A DNA stretch of 63,969 nt, filler included, from Octopus bimaculoides (Eukaryota): the NCBI RefSeq assembly GCF_001194135.2. It is 9 parts of 9 records of this genome, joined end to end, with 100 filler letters (N's around TTAATTAATTAA, not from the genome) between each part and the next. Parts side by side here need not be neighbours in the genome. Positions count along the whole stretch, not along the records: positions 5,356 to 24,360 come from NC_068995.1; positions 24,461 to 27,676 come from NC_069003.1; 7 more parts are not named here. One strand, 5' to 3'. Both the position numbers and the translations under genes were made by a program. The notes beneath the pieces were generated by a model. That model ran no database searches. It saw nothing but the letters and a program-made list of their open reading frames with translations, and had not been told where the DNA came from. This document shows positions 13,217-26,439 of this stretch, in pieces; positions within the stretch are counted from its first letter, which is position 1; each line of letters opens with the position of its first letter.

Positions 13217-14717
13217 TGTATATAAAAGTATGTGTGTGTCGCGTAATAGGTCAGTGTAGTTATTTGTGATGTACATCCTGTATAGACTGATAGACTAATA
13301 ACAATAACAACCAAACGGTTGAGTGTGTAAGTGAGCAAGCGGGTACACACATGATAATATACAGTGCATAGCAAAGTGATAACGTAACATAATAATATAA
13401 CTAACAATGGTAGACTAGAAGCGTTGTCGCCGCTTTAAATTATGTTCTGGCGTTCGTGCTCACAATTCTTCATGAGGTGGGTTAGTTTGTGTTCTCATCC
13501 ACATACCTGTGGTCGGAAATGGCGACTTCAGAATCTTTCCCCTCTATAAATTCAGGGACAATGCAACCTATAATCAGCGCATTAGGAAAGAATCACATTT
13601 GATCGCAAAATGTAAATCTCTTGACCACAGATGACACTATTACAAGGATCTTAGAATAATACCCATGCAAGTATTGAAAACGATTAATATAAACAACAAC
13701 AATCGCTACCCACGGATTGATTTAGAACAGTTCCTATAACTACTACTGCTACGACCACAACAGGTAACTTTTAGGTCACTTGACCATTAAAGAAGATTTC
13801 ACGGGCCCTACTACTGGGCCATACCGCGCCCGTCTTCTTCTTCTTCTTCTTCTTCTTCTTCTTCTTCTTCTTCTTCTTCTTCTTCTTCTTCTTCTTCGCC
13901 GTCTCCTTCCTCGGCTGCTGCTGCTTCAACTATCAAACTTCAGAACCAACCATTTCTCTGCACCCATAAACACTATTTCTTCAGATATGTTACTACCTAC
14001 CGCGCCTTCAAGAAAGATAAGAAAGAGAGAGAAAGGAAAATGCCCTACCTGTATGAAGACTATGGAAATATTTACAAAACATGTCATTTAATTTTTTCTT
14101 CAATTTAATTGTTGTTCTTGTTTTACTCTTAGTCGTATCCACTTACAAGCAACATCTGAGCGAAGATATTTATTTTTCTATGAGGTTTACTTGTGCACGC
14201 TCGACGTATCTTGTCATGGATTGAACGACATCGTTTATTGCAACATAATGTTTCAGGGTTTGTAAATTTTCAGAATATGGCCAGTCAAATATATTTTTCT
14301 ACGCAGAAGGATATATTTCACAATATGCCCATCACTATCAAACCTACAAACAAGTTACCACAGATTGGATCGAAACACTTTCTCATGCGTTTATAGCTTA
14401 TGATGTGTTTTGTTTCTTTTGTTTTTCAATGACGAGATGATTACATTGTTTTACATCATTTTATTTCATCAAGAACAATACCAATCATTTCTTCGAAACA
14501 TATTTCGGAAGTATAACAATTTGAATAACACCTTCGTTTTACTCCATTTCTTAATTTATCAATGTGACCTAAAAACATTTCAGTAAACCCTGGAACGTTT
14601 ACCTTTATAAGTAGGCTGTAACATTCTTCGCACTTATGTGAATATTTGCTACCTTGGTGACTATTTATTCATTTTTTTCCGTGTTATTTGTACACATTGA
14701 AAAACTATTCATACATT

Positions 14718-14773
<56 letters not shown>

Positions 14774-14785
14774 NNNNNNNNNNTC

Positions 14786-14829
<44 letters not shown>

Positions 14830-15555
14830 TTCATACACACTCACACACACACATATCTATATGTATACATATACATACACATACGTGTATACACACACAC
14901 ACTTTCAAATAAGTGCACTGATTTTCTTCTCATTTGCTTTGTCTATGTTACTTCTTTTTGTCCGTGCCTCATTCCGACTTTCCTTCCTTCATTCCTCTTT
15001 CTCTCTCACCCACTCCATCCACGCTTTCCCCCTTATCTTCCATTGGCGCTACTTTATTTACATGAAGTCTTTCTCTGTCTCGACCATTGCCTAGCTATAT
15101 CTCAACAGTTACGCCATGTCTCGCTTTGAAATGTAACTGTCAGCTTTATCATAGTTAAAGGTTTATCGCCAGCTAAAGCAGAAAGATTAAATCTTCCTTA
15201 GCGAAATTTTTTCCCCAAGTCAATGTAAATCTAAACTACACTAGACTGTTGTAATCGTTTGGATTTCATTACAACGAAACGAAGAAAATATTTATTGCAG
15301 TCAGTTTGAATATAAATTTCTGAAGCTTTGCGCATTTATCAAGACAGTGTAAGCTCCCGAAGAACATTTATTTGAGACGTTAATCTTCTAAACTATGATA
15401 CCATCGAAACAACGTCCACCAGTGTACATTGTACCACTGAACAGGAATACGGAAATATAGAAATATAATTTTAAACAGTTCTCGAAAATAAAAGTTACAT
15501 AGTTAATACAATTGAACACGTATTTATACAAGAGTGTTAGATACGTAACGTACTT

Positions 15556-15627
15556 GTCTCGGGGTTCAAAATCTCACACTATTAAAACACCGTCTCCAGG
15601 TTCAAAATCGCACCCTATTAATACACC
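15556..15627 (+). repeat. Two-copy 36-bp tandem repeat
   Basis: gtctcggggttcaaaatctcacactattaaaacacc / gtctccaggttcaaaatcgcaccctattaatacacc. Confidence 0.85.
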
Positions 15628-17077
15628 AAAACTTGATCTGTAAATAACAGCAAAGTCTCTTTAGGCTAAATCCTATGGTCTGCGATTTTACCAGATAAAA
15701 TCTGTTTCAAATATTGCGTCCGTCCCTCAGTTGACACAGAATCCGTTGCAGATATTTTCTTTGTTTTTCATGAGCAGATATTGACCTAGATGCAAACATT
15801 GCTATAGGTTAAACTGGCTGGTTGAGTATTTCGTGTGTAACTACGTGGATTCGGTTCAATTCCACAACGTCAGTCAGTTTATACAGCATTGCTTAAACTA
15901 AGGTTTTGTGAGGAGATTTATGCAGACACACAGACACACACATCAAAACTGGAGATTTGCAAAAAAATTTAGTATTATTTATTCACCACTACATGTCTTT
16001 CATTTGTTAATAGCTGTTACAGAAATGATCATGTGAGAGAAACTTGTAAGGTATCTCCTATTAAAAATTCTTCAAGCAAAGCATAAAATAACATAATATA
16101 ATATTATTAGCAAATGAAAAACCAGTTATTGAAGAAATAAAATCAATTTTCTTTTACAATCTCCTGATTTGGTATATGACTATTCTGCAAATTCTCTTTT
16201 CTGGTATTTTTCTACTCTTATTCATGGCTCACACTTACAATTTTGGAGCGGTGGAATATATAGATATGCTTCAGGAGGTCACACCTTGGAATATAATATC
16301 TACATCTTATTAGAAATGTTTTTATATAAAATACTCCGTTATTCTTTTATGAAATACACGATATTATTTCATTAAAGTATAACAGTGTAAAGTAGAATAA
16401 TATCAAATATCATAAAAATCATATTCTGTATATGAGTTAAATGACAATAGTCTACAGGTTTAATGAAAATTGCATTTGTTTTCTGAAAGTGTACAATTCT
16501 CTGAGCATAAGGACAACTCACCTCTCAGCGGATTGTTCAAATTTTGAAGTGTATTTCATACTTTCCTTTCATTTGTATTGTTGTTATGAACCCATTCTCT
16601 TAGGAAATCTATCCAGCATTTCCAAGGCTTCAACAACCAGCATTGAAATCACCTCATTAAACAACCAAAGCAAAAGTTCACTAACAGCTGATGCTAAACT
16701 TTTTCACTTCCACACCATGTAAATGACTAATTAGTAAATTCATAACTTAATCTCATTAGACCTATTCGGCAAATCCACAGCTGTCTCTATTGGATTGCAC
16801 ACCCATTTTATTCTTCTACGATGAAATATTTTACAGCATGAAATTTTAAAAGATAGAACTCCTAACATTATCTGTGAAGATGTGGCAGACTTCAAAATGT
16901 GTCTCTTTCGATGTATAACGGAAACTGGCTTTATCTGCTGTATGGATAACAACATCCCAAATCCCTATCAGATCCCGAAAACAAAGTGAGTTTTAATACA
17001 ACAACAACGACAACAACAACAGCAACAACAACAACAACAACACCAACAACAATAATAATAATAATGATAATAATAAT

Positions 17078-17292
17078 CCTTTCTACTGGCGGCACAAGGC
17101 CTCAAATTTGGGGAGTAGGAACAAGTCGATTACATCGACCCCACTGTTCAACTAGTACTCAATTTACCGACCCCGAAAGGATAAAAGATAAGGTCGACTT
17201 CGGCCGAATTTGAACCCAGGATGTAGCGACGGGCGAAATACCGCTAAGCATTTCGTCCGGCGTGCTAACGTTTCTGCCAGCTCGCCGCCTTT
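17078..17292 (-). mobile_element. SINE family 1, near full length
   Basis: Reverse complement begins aaggcggcgagctggcagaaacgttagcacgccggacgaaatgcttagcgg, with B-box gggttcaaattc. Flanked by (AAT)n/(AAC)n. Confidence 0.9.
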
Positions 17293-17297
17293 ATAAC

Positions 17298-17328
<31 letters not shown>

Positions 17329-17955
17329 GAAATATTTTAGAACATTTTTTGGTAATACATTGAACGTTCAATTCATAAATTCACAAATATGATTTTTCCA
17401 GTACGCAATTATTTCTGTTTATTACACGGTGGTGATGTATTATTATAGGCGATCAGGAACTGTAAAGAGTTTAGTAAATATATTTTTTGGCTAGAAGTAA
17501 AGTATGTAAAAGTTTAGAAGTTTATTACCCAATATATGTGGTTTCGAAAACATTTTAAAGATTTACGATTTTCATCCTAAAAAACAATAACTTGCATATA
17601 TGCTATGCAATATATATATTGGGGGGAAAATGTACTTTAAATTAAATTTTTTTCACAAGAATGACAATCTACAGCGTAAAGTCATTAAAAAGTTTTCATT
17701 TTTTTTCACAAGTGAAAAAAAATACAACAAAACAACAAACAGAACAATATAGGTTGTTCGACTAATTGGAGTGGCAGTCAACATACCTACAATATTTAAT
17801 GAAGGTATTTTAAGTTCTGAGTTCAAATCCCGACCAATTCAATCTTAGACACTCACACGGACACACACACACATCTATCTATCTATCTATCTATTTATCT
17901 ATCTATTTATCTATCTATCTATCCTTACCTCCCTCCCTTCCTCTCTCTTTGCATA

Positions 17956-17990
<35 letters not shown>

Positions 17991-18031
17991 GTGTGTGTGT
18001 GTGTGTGTCGCTCATCGCGGTGTTTATTCAC

Positions 18032-18230
18032 AGAAAGTTTTCCATGACAGTTTGAAGTGAGGCGCAAGAGCATATTTTGTGCGAAATAAACAAACAATTG
18101 TTCGATTTGATGTCATTGCTTTTGCAATATTTCTTGTCACTGAGGTGGATGTTATTGTTGATTGTGTTGGATCGCAAATATAACCATTTGGAGGAAAATC
18201 TATGTATTTCATTGTATTCTTGGTAATGCG
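18032..18230 (-). CDS. Candidate coding exon with weak CUB-domain-like C-terminal pattern
   Basis: Open frame YIDFPPNGYICDPTQSTITSTSVTRNIAKAMTSNRTIVCLFRTKYALAPHFKLSWKTF ends at a phase-1 donor T|GTGAAT. No clean acceptor found, and part of it is duplicated at 21835-21886. Confidence 0.25.
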
Positions 18231-19437
18231 GTCTTACTGCCATTTGACACCGGTGAATTGCATGGTGTTACGTATCTGAAATGGCTAATGTCGATAAATC
18301 GGAAATGCAACTAAATGTATTTATGACTTCTTGATTCGTTAAAAATTGTCAAAAAGGAAAGTTCTTCTGAATGAAAGCAGCCCAGTACTAGGGGCACGGA
18401 AATTCATTAGGATCGTTTGTTTTCGCTTTTAATTAGATGGGAAAGCAGTATCCATGACTTTTCATGTGCTCTCCGAAACTGATGGGAAGAAGATATCCTT
18501 AAACCGGAATCCTGGCCCGAATTCTTGAGACAAAATTCAGATTTTAATTTTTTATCTTTACTGTGAAGAATGCTCTCGGTAATTTCGCTTCCTTGAATAT
18601 CTTTATTCCACAGAGTAGAACTCACAAACCCTATTATTTTTTGCAGTAACAATAAGAAATACAGCCATGATTAAACACCTACAAAGTAACTGACGTTATA
18701 CAGGTTCAAAATAACACCTTTAACGATTGGACGAAGGGTACGTCTAGTGCTCCTCGCGCAAATAATTTTCCAATGAATACAGAATGGATTTTACGGACAT
18801 TGTGGATAAATAATGGTTCCTCCTCGTATACATAAAGAAAGATTACAATATACATACATACATATATCTGCATTTATGCATATAAATACATACACATATA
18901 AACTACATATATAAGAGTGAGAGAGAGAGAGAGAGAAAGAGAGAAACAGCCAGTGAAATGACAATTGTATTTATTTCGTCATTTCTTTATTGTATTTAAA
19001 TAATATAACCAGCAATTCATACAATGCATACTGTTGCATAATCTGCTGTGTAGCTGTCCAACTTCACTGTATTCCTGCTTAACGATCCACGCACATTGTT
19101 CGTTAAAGATGACACCCTATCTTATGCCCATGACAGCTATGAAATATTCATGAGATAAAGCTTCTATTCTACTTTCCCCGTTATCTTTCAAAATTCAATA
19201 TTACAATATATCTACGTCATCTCATACCAGCTATCTCCCTCCTTCAACATCCACCCGACCAACCCAGACTACACCTTTTCATTTTGTTTCCCTTTTTATC
19301 TTCAACTTTTTTTCTTACTCATCTTCTTTCTAAACTTTTCTTCTCCCCTTTATCTTTAGCTCCCAAATCTTTCTTTTATTCAAGTTTTTAAACGTGTTTG
19401 TACCGCTCCTATTTACCTATTACTCTCTCTGTCTCTC

Positions 19438-19489
<52 letters not shown>

Positions 19490-19514
19490 TGTCTCTGTCT
19501 CTCTNNNNNNNNNN

Positions 19515-19565
<51 letters not shown>

Positions 19566-21367
19566 TTATTCCATTCTTGTTTTCAGTCTTTTTATCTTCA
19601 TTTCTTCCTTTCTCTCTTTCTCTCTCATCTTCTGCTGTATTCCTCTCTTTCCCTCACTTTTGGGATATTTTCAGACGATTTTCAATCACCTATTTTCTTG
19701 TCATATTCTTTCATTCAGTATACGCCTCCTGCTGGGAGTGAATATATTCTAGTATGCATATGTAAGTGTATGTATGTATATATATGACAAAAATGACATA
19801 TGCAGACCATTATTTTATTCTCTTCTAGCTCTCCACTACAGTCTGGTTGAATATCATGGCAGCGGTAGGAGAATGTAATAACCGGTCTTTGTTTCACAAA
19901 TTATTACATGCATACATTCAAGTCTCATCTAAGTTCTTCTTTTCTCCTAGTCTCCAACAACTTTTGGGTTACAAAATACACTCTCCTTTGTTTTCCTGCA
20001 GACAATGGCTTTGATTTCTTTAAATTTACCGATAACAAATCCTTTTTCTTACAGTTTCTTTCGCTTAAACATATTTTATTGGTTCTTTTATTACCATCTT
20101 AATTCATTCTGCTTAATCAACTCTTTTATTGCAATCTCAGTTACTCTACCTTATTGTCATTCTTCTCAGTTATTTTATTACCATCTTATTTACATCTTTT
20201 ATCAATTATTTTATTGCTAACGTTTATTTACAATTTTAAATAAACATGCATATCAAGTGTTTTTATGGCATTAATGCTACTCACCCCGTTTCCTAAATGT
20301 TTACTTACAAGTAACCTTGTTTCGAGTGATTCCAAGCAATTATTAATATATTTGTGGATCGATTCTCTTTCTCTTTGTGTTTCTTATTTTGCAGCACTTC
20401 TACCCGCCAGTTCAAACTAAGCATTGAGTCCTGATAAACATCGTCTACGCATTCAGTTATAACTCACTACTAATGAGAACCTCTTCGTCTTTTTGACATC
20501 CAAATACGTTTTGTGCTTCATAATTCACTTCTACACTTCTTTATATTTAAGCTCTGAATTCTTACATTCGTTTATTATTTTCTCACACATGCTGCAATTT
20601 TCTTTTGTCTTAGGCTCTATTGCTACATAGTAGATACCCCTCCCACACAAACATACTGTGTGTGTGCGTAGTTTCTCCATTTCAAATCTGCTTCCACCAT
20701 ATTTTCATTTCGTTTTAAATCTCACTCCCATTTAATATCATACACGAATCTCTTTCTCAACCACTCTGCCTATTGCTTTCCGTCTCTATCTTTCATTTAT
20801 TACTATTCCTAAGTTATCTATCACGTTACCGTTCTAATTATAGGAATGGTTGTCTCACCAGAGTACTTGGTATTGATAGTTAATTATTTCTCTCTGACTC
20901 TCCTTCCCCGCCACTCTTTCAACCTCTTAACTATCTATTTTGTATCTCTGTATCATACTCTCACACTTCGTCACATGTTTCAGCACAACCATTGCTTTCT
21001 CTTTCCTATTCCTATAGCATTACGACGATGGATGCCTACAAACAAAAAAAGAAAAAAAACAGAAGGGAGGGACAATGTGACCTGCATATTATCTTATTCA
21101 TATGTTGATATACAAGTGCATACACAAATATGTGTGTGTTTGTATGGAAATGTATAAGTGTGTGGGTGCGTGCGTACATGCGTGTCTATGTATGTAGGCC
21201 TATTAAAAAACAGAAAGAAATCAACGGGATTGAGTTGCCTAAGGAAGAAAGTTTGATATTTTTGATTCGCAAACTCTGGGAGAGAAATAATGAATAAATG
21301 AAATAACATGGTAGCAACAACATGAGAAATAGTAACAAGGACTGCAATAATCACAACAACAACAATA

Positions 21368-21408
<41 letters not shown>

Positions 21409-21587
21409 TGACTTGCTTTGTATCTGACATGAAGATATTTTGTATTTTAAATTTGTAGCTCCATTTGCTTTTGTCATGCGTATGGGTTTTCACTTTGTTA
21501 TGGCAAATGTTTTCATGACTGTTCTTATGTTGTTGCTATCGTTATGTTGTTGTTGTCGGTCTTGTTGTTATTGGCTCATTATTGATT

Positions 21588-21803
21588 TTCTTTCTCCTCT
21601 AGGCTCAAGACCCGTAATTTTTGGGGAGGGAACCAGTCGACTAGACCGACCCTAGTACGTAACTAGTACTTAATTTATCGAGCCCAAAAGGATTAACGGC
21701 AAAGTCGACCTTGGCGGAATTTGAACTCAGAACGTAAAGACAGACGAAATACCGCTAAACTTTTCGTCCGGCGTGCTTAACATTTCTGCCAGACCGTCGC
21801 CTT
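21588..21803 (-). mobile_element. SINE family 1
   Basis: Head, B-box (ggaatttgaactcag on +) and body homologous to the other copies. Confidence 0.9.
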
Positions 21804-21884
21804 GTTACTGGTTTATTATTGTTATCTATGTGATAACTATTGCTCCATTTGATGTTGTTGCTGTTGCAATATTTCTTGTCCCTA

Positions 21885-22315
21885 GGCAGTGAGCTGACAG
21901 AAAACTTAGAACGCCGGGTGAAATGCTTAGCGGTATTTCGTCTGCCGCTACGTTCTGAGTTCAAATTCCGCCGAGGTTGATTTTGCCTTTCTTCCTTTCG
22001 GGGTCGATTAAATAAGTACCAGTTACGCACTGGGGTCGATATGATCGACTTAATTCGTTTGTCTGTCTTTGTTTGTCCCCTCTGTGTGTAGCCCCTTGTG
22101 GGCAATAAAGAAATAAGAAACGTTAGCACGCCGGGCGAAATGCTTAGCGGTATTTCGTCTGTTTTCGTTTTGAGTTCAAATTCCGCCGAGGTCGACTTTG
22201 CCTTTCATCTTTTCGGTGTCGATAAATTAAGTACCAGTTGCGTAGTGGGGTCGATCTAATTGACTGGCCTCATCTCCCAAAAGTTCGGACCTTGTGTCTT
22301 GAGTAGAAAAGAATA
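21885..22315 (+). mobile_element. Two tandem SINE family 1 copies (21885-22115, 22116-22315)
   Basis: gagctgacagaaaacttagaacgccgggtgaaatgcttagcggtatttcgtctgccgctacgttctgagttcaaattccgccgagg. The second copy lacks the first ~15 nt and has a different 3' tail. Confidence 0.9.
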
Positions 22316-22319
22316 TTTC

Positions 22320-23002
22320 TTATCTCTGTAGTTGATGTCAAGGCAGATTTTGTTGCTGTGGTTGTAGTTGTTGTTCTTGGGTGTGGTTAACGCGTTCCAG
22401 CTGTTGTAACCAAGATAGGGGTGGTGGCGGAGAATTGTGCCGATAAGATGGTGCGGTGCAGTATTTGGCTTTTCCGTAGTGCAAGTGGTGGTGGTGATGG
22501 TGTTGGTGATAGCCATTGTAATATCGTAGTTGTGCTAATTGTTGTCATGGCAGTGCTGTTGTCGATGTTGTTGTCGGTGGTGGTGTTGCTATTCATACTG
22601 GTGGTGTTCGTGGTGGTGGCGGTAATTGTAGCGGTAGTGGTGGTGGTGGTGGTGGTCATCGTGGTTGTGGTCGTGGCGATGGTGGTATTGAATCCCCAAT
22701 TGTGGCGGGAGATATTGTGGCGGCGTCAGTGGTGTTGTTGTTGGCTGCAGCAGCGCCTATGATGGTAGTGATGGCGGTGGTTGCTATGGCAGCGAGAGTG
22801 GCTACAGTGGAGGTGGGTGTTCGGTGATAGCTGTGTTGGTTTTGGTGGTTGTGGTGGCGTTATGACAGTACGACTGATATGGTGACTTTTGACATAGTGA
22901 TGATGGAACTGGCAAAGATAACAGCGGCGATGTTAAAGTTATTATACACGATACTGATGTTTCCGTCATGATGATGATGATGATGATGACGATGATGATG
23001 AC

Positions 23003-23043
<41 letters not shown>

Positions 23044-23672
23044 CGATGATGATGACGATGATGATGACGATGATGATGATGANNNNNNNNNNNNNNNNNN
23101 NNNNNNNNNNNNNNNNNNNNNNNNNNNNNNNNNNNNNNNNNNNNNNNNNNNNNNNNNNNNNNNNNNNNNNNNNNNNNNNNNNNNNNNNNNNNNNNNNNNN
23201 NNNNNNNNNNNNNNNNNNNNNNNNNNNNNNNNNNNNNNNNNNNNNNNNNNNNNNNNNNNNNNNNNNNNNNNNNNNNNNNNNNNNNNNNNNNNNNNNNNNN
23301 NNNNNNNNNNNNNNNNNNNNNNNNNNNNNNNNNNNNNNNNNNNNNNNNNNNNNNNNNNNNNNNNNNNNNNNNNNNNNNNNNNNNNNNNNNNNNNNNNNNN
23401 NNNNNNNNNNNNNNNNNNNNNNNNNNNNNNNNNNNNNNNNNNNNNNNNNNNNNNNNNNNNNNNNNNNNNNNNNNNNNNNNNNNNNNNNNNNNNNNNNNNN
23501 NNNNNNNNNNNNNNNNNNNNNNNNNNNNNNNNNNNNNNNNNNNNNNNNNNNNNNNNNNNNNNNNNNNNNNNNNNNNNNNNNNNNNNNNNNNNNNNNNNNN
23601 NNNNNNNNNNNNNNNNNNNNNNNNNNNNNNNNNNNNNNNNNNNNNNNNNNNNNNNNNNNNNNNNNNNNNNNN

Positions 23673-23709
<37 letters not shown>

Positions 23710-23950
23710 CTAATAACGCTGTTACTGATTGTGGAGATGATAGGGAACCGGAAGTGTTAACAGAAGGACCTATATTGTTGTTGGCGGTTTTGGAGTCAGT
23801 GGCGATCGTTGTTCCAAGCCGTGATGATGGTAAAGCTGATAGCGCTGTTGTTACTACAGTTGTTGTTGTTGATATACATAACAGTGTCATTGTTGTTATT
23901 GTTGTTGTTGTTCATGTTAGTGTTATTGTTGTTGATGTATATCGTAGCGT
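22320..23950. repeat. Degenerate GTT/GGT/GAT trinucleotide region with long (GAT)n and gap
   Basis: Low-complexity sequence. No frame stays open across 22330-23080. Confidence 0.8.
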
Positions 23951-24506
23951 TCCTCGTGATTTTTTATTTTTTTTATTTTTATTTTAACTGTATACTTTTT
24001 AACATTCTTCTACTTAATTAGATTGTAAATGTCGACGATTTCCGGCATTTTCAGAGGTGATTCCTTTTCACATCGCTAATATATCTACAGCCATTTTGAA
24101 GGTTACATATTTCTTATGGAATTTTCTCACATTCAGATCTACATACATATATACACATATTTATACGTTACTCACTTAAAATCGCATTCAGTGTAACTAA
24201 CACTTTCATAAACACACACATATATACATACACGTATATTGTCGTTGTCTAATTCATCCTCCTGATATAATACATAATTATAGAGACATTATATCCACAC
24301 ATACACACATACACATTCACATATATATATTTATGTGTATATATATATATATATATATATNNNNNNNNNNNNNNNNNNNNNNNNNNNNNNNNNNNNNNNN
24401 NNNNTTAATTAATTAANNNNNNNNNNNNNNNNNNNNNNNNNNNNNNNNNNNNNNNNNNNNTGGCACAGGATCAGCAATTTCAAGGGAGAAATTAAGCCGA
24501 TCACAT

Positions 24507-24694
24507 TGCGAGTTCAGTTCCCACTAACGCACCGAGTTCGCTGCGAGTTCAACGTGGAAATAACACACCGACACCTTCCGACTTTACGGCGAACTCAGCT
24601 CGGACTAACACACAAACTTCACTCCGATCACTACTATTTATAATCGCTCGGGCCAGTCTATTTCTCGCAAGGGGGCCTCGTGGCTCTCATCACA
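24507..24694 (-). mobile_element. Possible solo LTR inserted in a SINE tail
   Basis: Unique-looking, GC-richer 188 bp bounded by TG...CA, with TATAAATA on the minus strand near 24635-24642. Imperfect 4-bp TSD (acat/acag). Interrupts a family 1 SINE tail starting at 24461. Confidence 0.4.
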
Positions 24695-24697
24695 ACA

Positions 24698-24733
<36 letters not shown>

Positions 24734-26090
24734 CTGGGAAGCAGACTGATAGTCGGTCGATGACATGTATGTTAAAAGTTTAATGCAATTTGTCAATTAC
24801 AAATAAGCAGACGACATCGCAAGTTGATGCTACAGCTCTTATGAAAGCAGACGTTAATGAATTGGATAGCCCTGCAATGTCTAATATTGTTAGATTCAAA
24901 TAGCAATTTGAAGATGGAACCAGATTTCAGAGGAGGGAAAAAAAACCTATCAAACTATCTGGTTTTTTTTGTTTTTTTATTTCGTGGGCTACAAAATGAC
25001 TCGGCCAGTTAGTTTTTGTTGAAATGCTTCATGAATTAACTTTTGCTTTTGATATGAACGGAGCTGGTCTCCTCATATAATGTTAACATTCGAGTTAAGT
25101 CGTAAGAAACGTTGTGTGGTGCTTATTATGTTAACAAATAAGAATTCATGTTATATGTGGTTATTTANNNNNNNNNNNNNNNNNNNNNNNNNNNNNNNNN
25201 NNNNNNNNNNNNNNNNNNNNNNNNNNNNNNNNNNNNNNNNNNNNNNNNNNNNNNNNNNNNNNNNNNNNNNNNNNNNNNNNNNNNNNNNNNNNNNNNNNNN
25301 NNNNNNNNNNNNNNNNNNNNNNNNNNNNNNNNNNNNNNNNNNNNNNNNNNNNNNNNNNNNNNNNNNNNNNNNNNNNNNNNNNNNNNNNNNNNNNNNNNNN
25401 NNNNNNNNNNNNNNNNNNNNNNNNNNNNNNNNNNNNNNNNNNNNNNNNNNNNNNNNNNNNNNNNNNNNNNNNNNNNNNNNNNNNNNNNNNNNNNNNNNNN
25501 NNNNNNNNNNNNNNNNNNNNNNNNNNNNNNNNNNNNNNNNNNNNNNNNNNNNNNNNNNNNNNNNNNNNNNNNNNNNNNNNNNNNNNNNNNNNNNNNNNNN
25601 NNNNNNNNNNNNNNNNNNNNNNNNNNNNNNNNNNNNNNNNNNNNNNNNNNNNNNNNNNNNNNNNNNNNNNNNNNNNNNNNNNNNNNNNNNNNNNNNNNNN
25701 NNNNNNNNNNNNNNNNNNNNNNNNNNNNNNNNNNNNNNNNNNNNNNNNNNNNNNNNNNNNNNNNNNNNNNNNNNNNNNNNNNNNNNNNNNNNNNNNNNNN
25801 NNNNNNNNNNNNNNNNNNNNNNNNNNNNNNNNNNNNNNNNNNNNNNNNNNNNNNNNNNNNNTTTCCGTTAAAGAAATGTAAATATATACATACATACATA
25901 TATGTATGTATGTATAATTATAGTACTTCTAGCTTCGTGTTTCTGATCTTTCAGCTGGTTTATTTAAGCCTATCTTCGTTTTGAAATATTCGCTGTTTCA
26001 TGAATGGTGTAGAAAACACCCACCTTCATGTGAGTACATAGATCGATAGATAGAGATAGATGGTTATAGACATCTCTCTCTCTCTCTCTG

Positions 26091-26122
<32 letters not shown>

Positions 26123-26159
26123 GACAGACACACATACACATACACACAGAGAGGCACAC

Positions 26160-26191
<32 letters not shown>

Positions 26192-26439
26192 GGAAATATA
26201 TTGAGATATATGTAGATAGATAGTCAAATAGAAAGATAGAGAGGCACACAGACAGATAGCCAGATATGTAAGTGTTGAGTCACACTCTACGAAACACTCC
26301 CTCTTTTCTGGTCCTCAACCCGCCACATATTTTCACCACCTTCTCCGTACATTCATTCACGTTCCTCAAGTCTCCTGCTCATCTTCCTGTACTTGCTTCT
26401 TTTTACAGGTTGTTTGTGCGTATAACCAAACCATATTCA

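Noticed and set aside
14275-14410. Plus frame YGQSNIFFYAEGYISQYAHHYQTYKQVTTDWIETLSHAFIAYD
   Set aside because: Protein-like, but no good donor and no recognisable family.
19720-20060. Three phase-compatible mini-exons (YTPPAGSEYILVCI / SLHYSLVEYHGS / DNGFDFFKF)
   Set aside because: The pyrimidine-rich context yields many chance acceptors, the product is unrecognisable and there is no final donor.
21885-21980. tRNA genes at the A/B-box-like motifs
   Set aside because: No cloverleaf; the boxes continue into SINE bodies repeated many times in the window.
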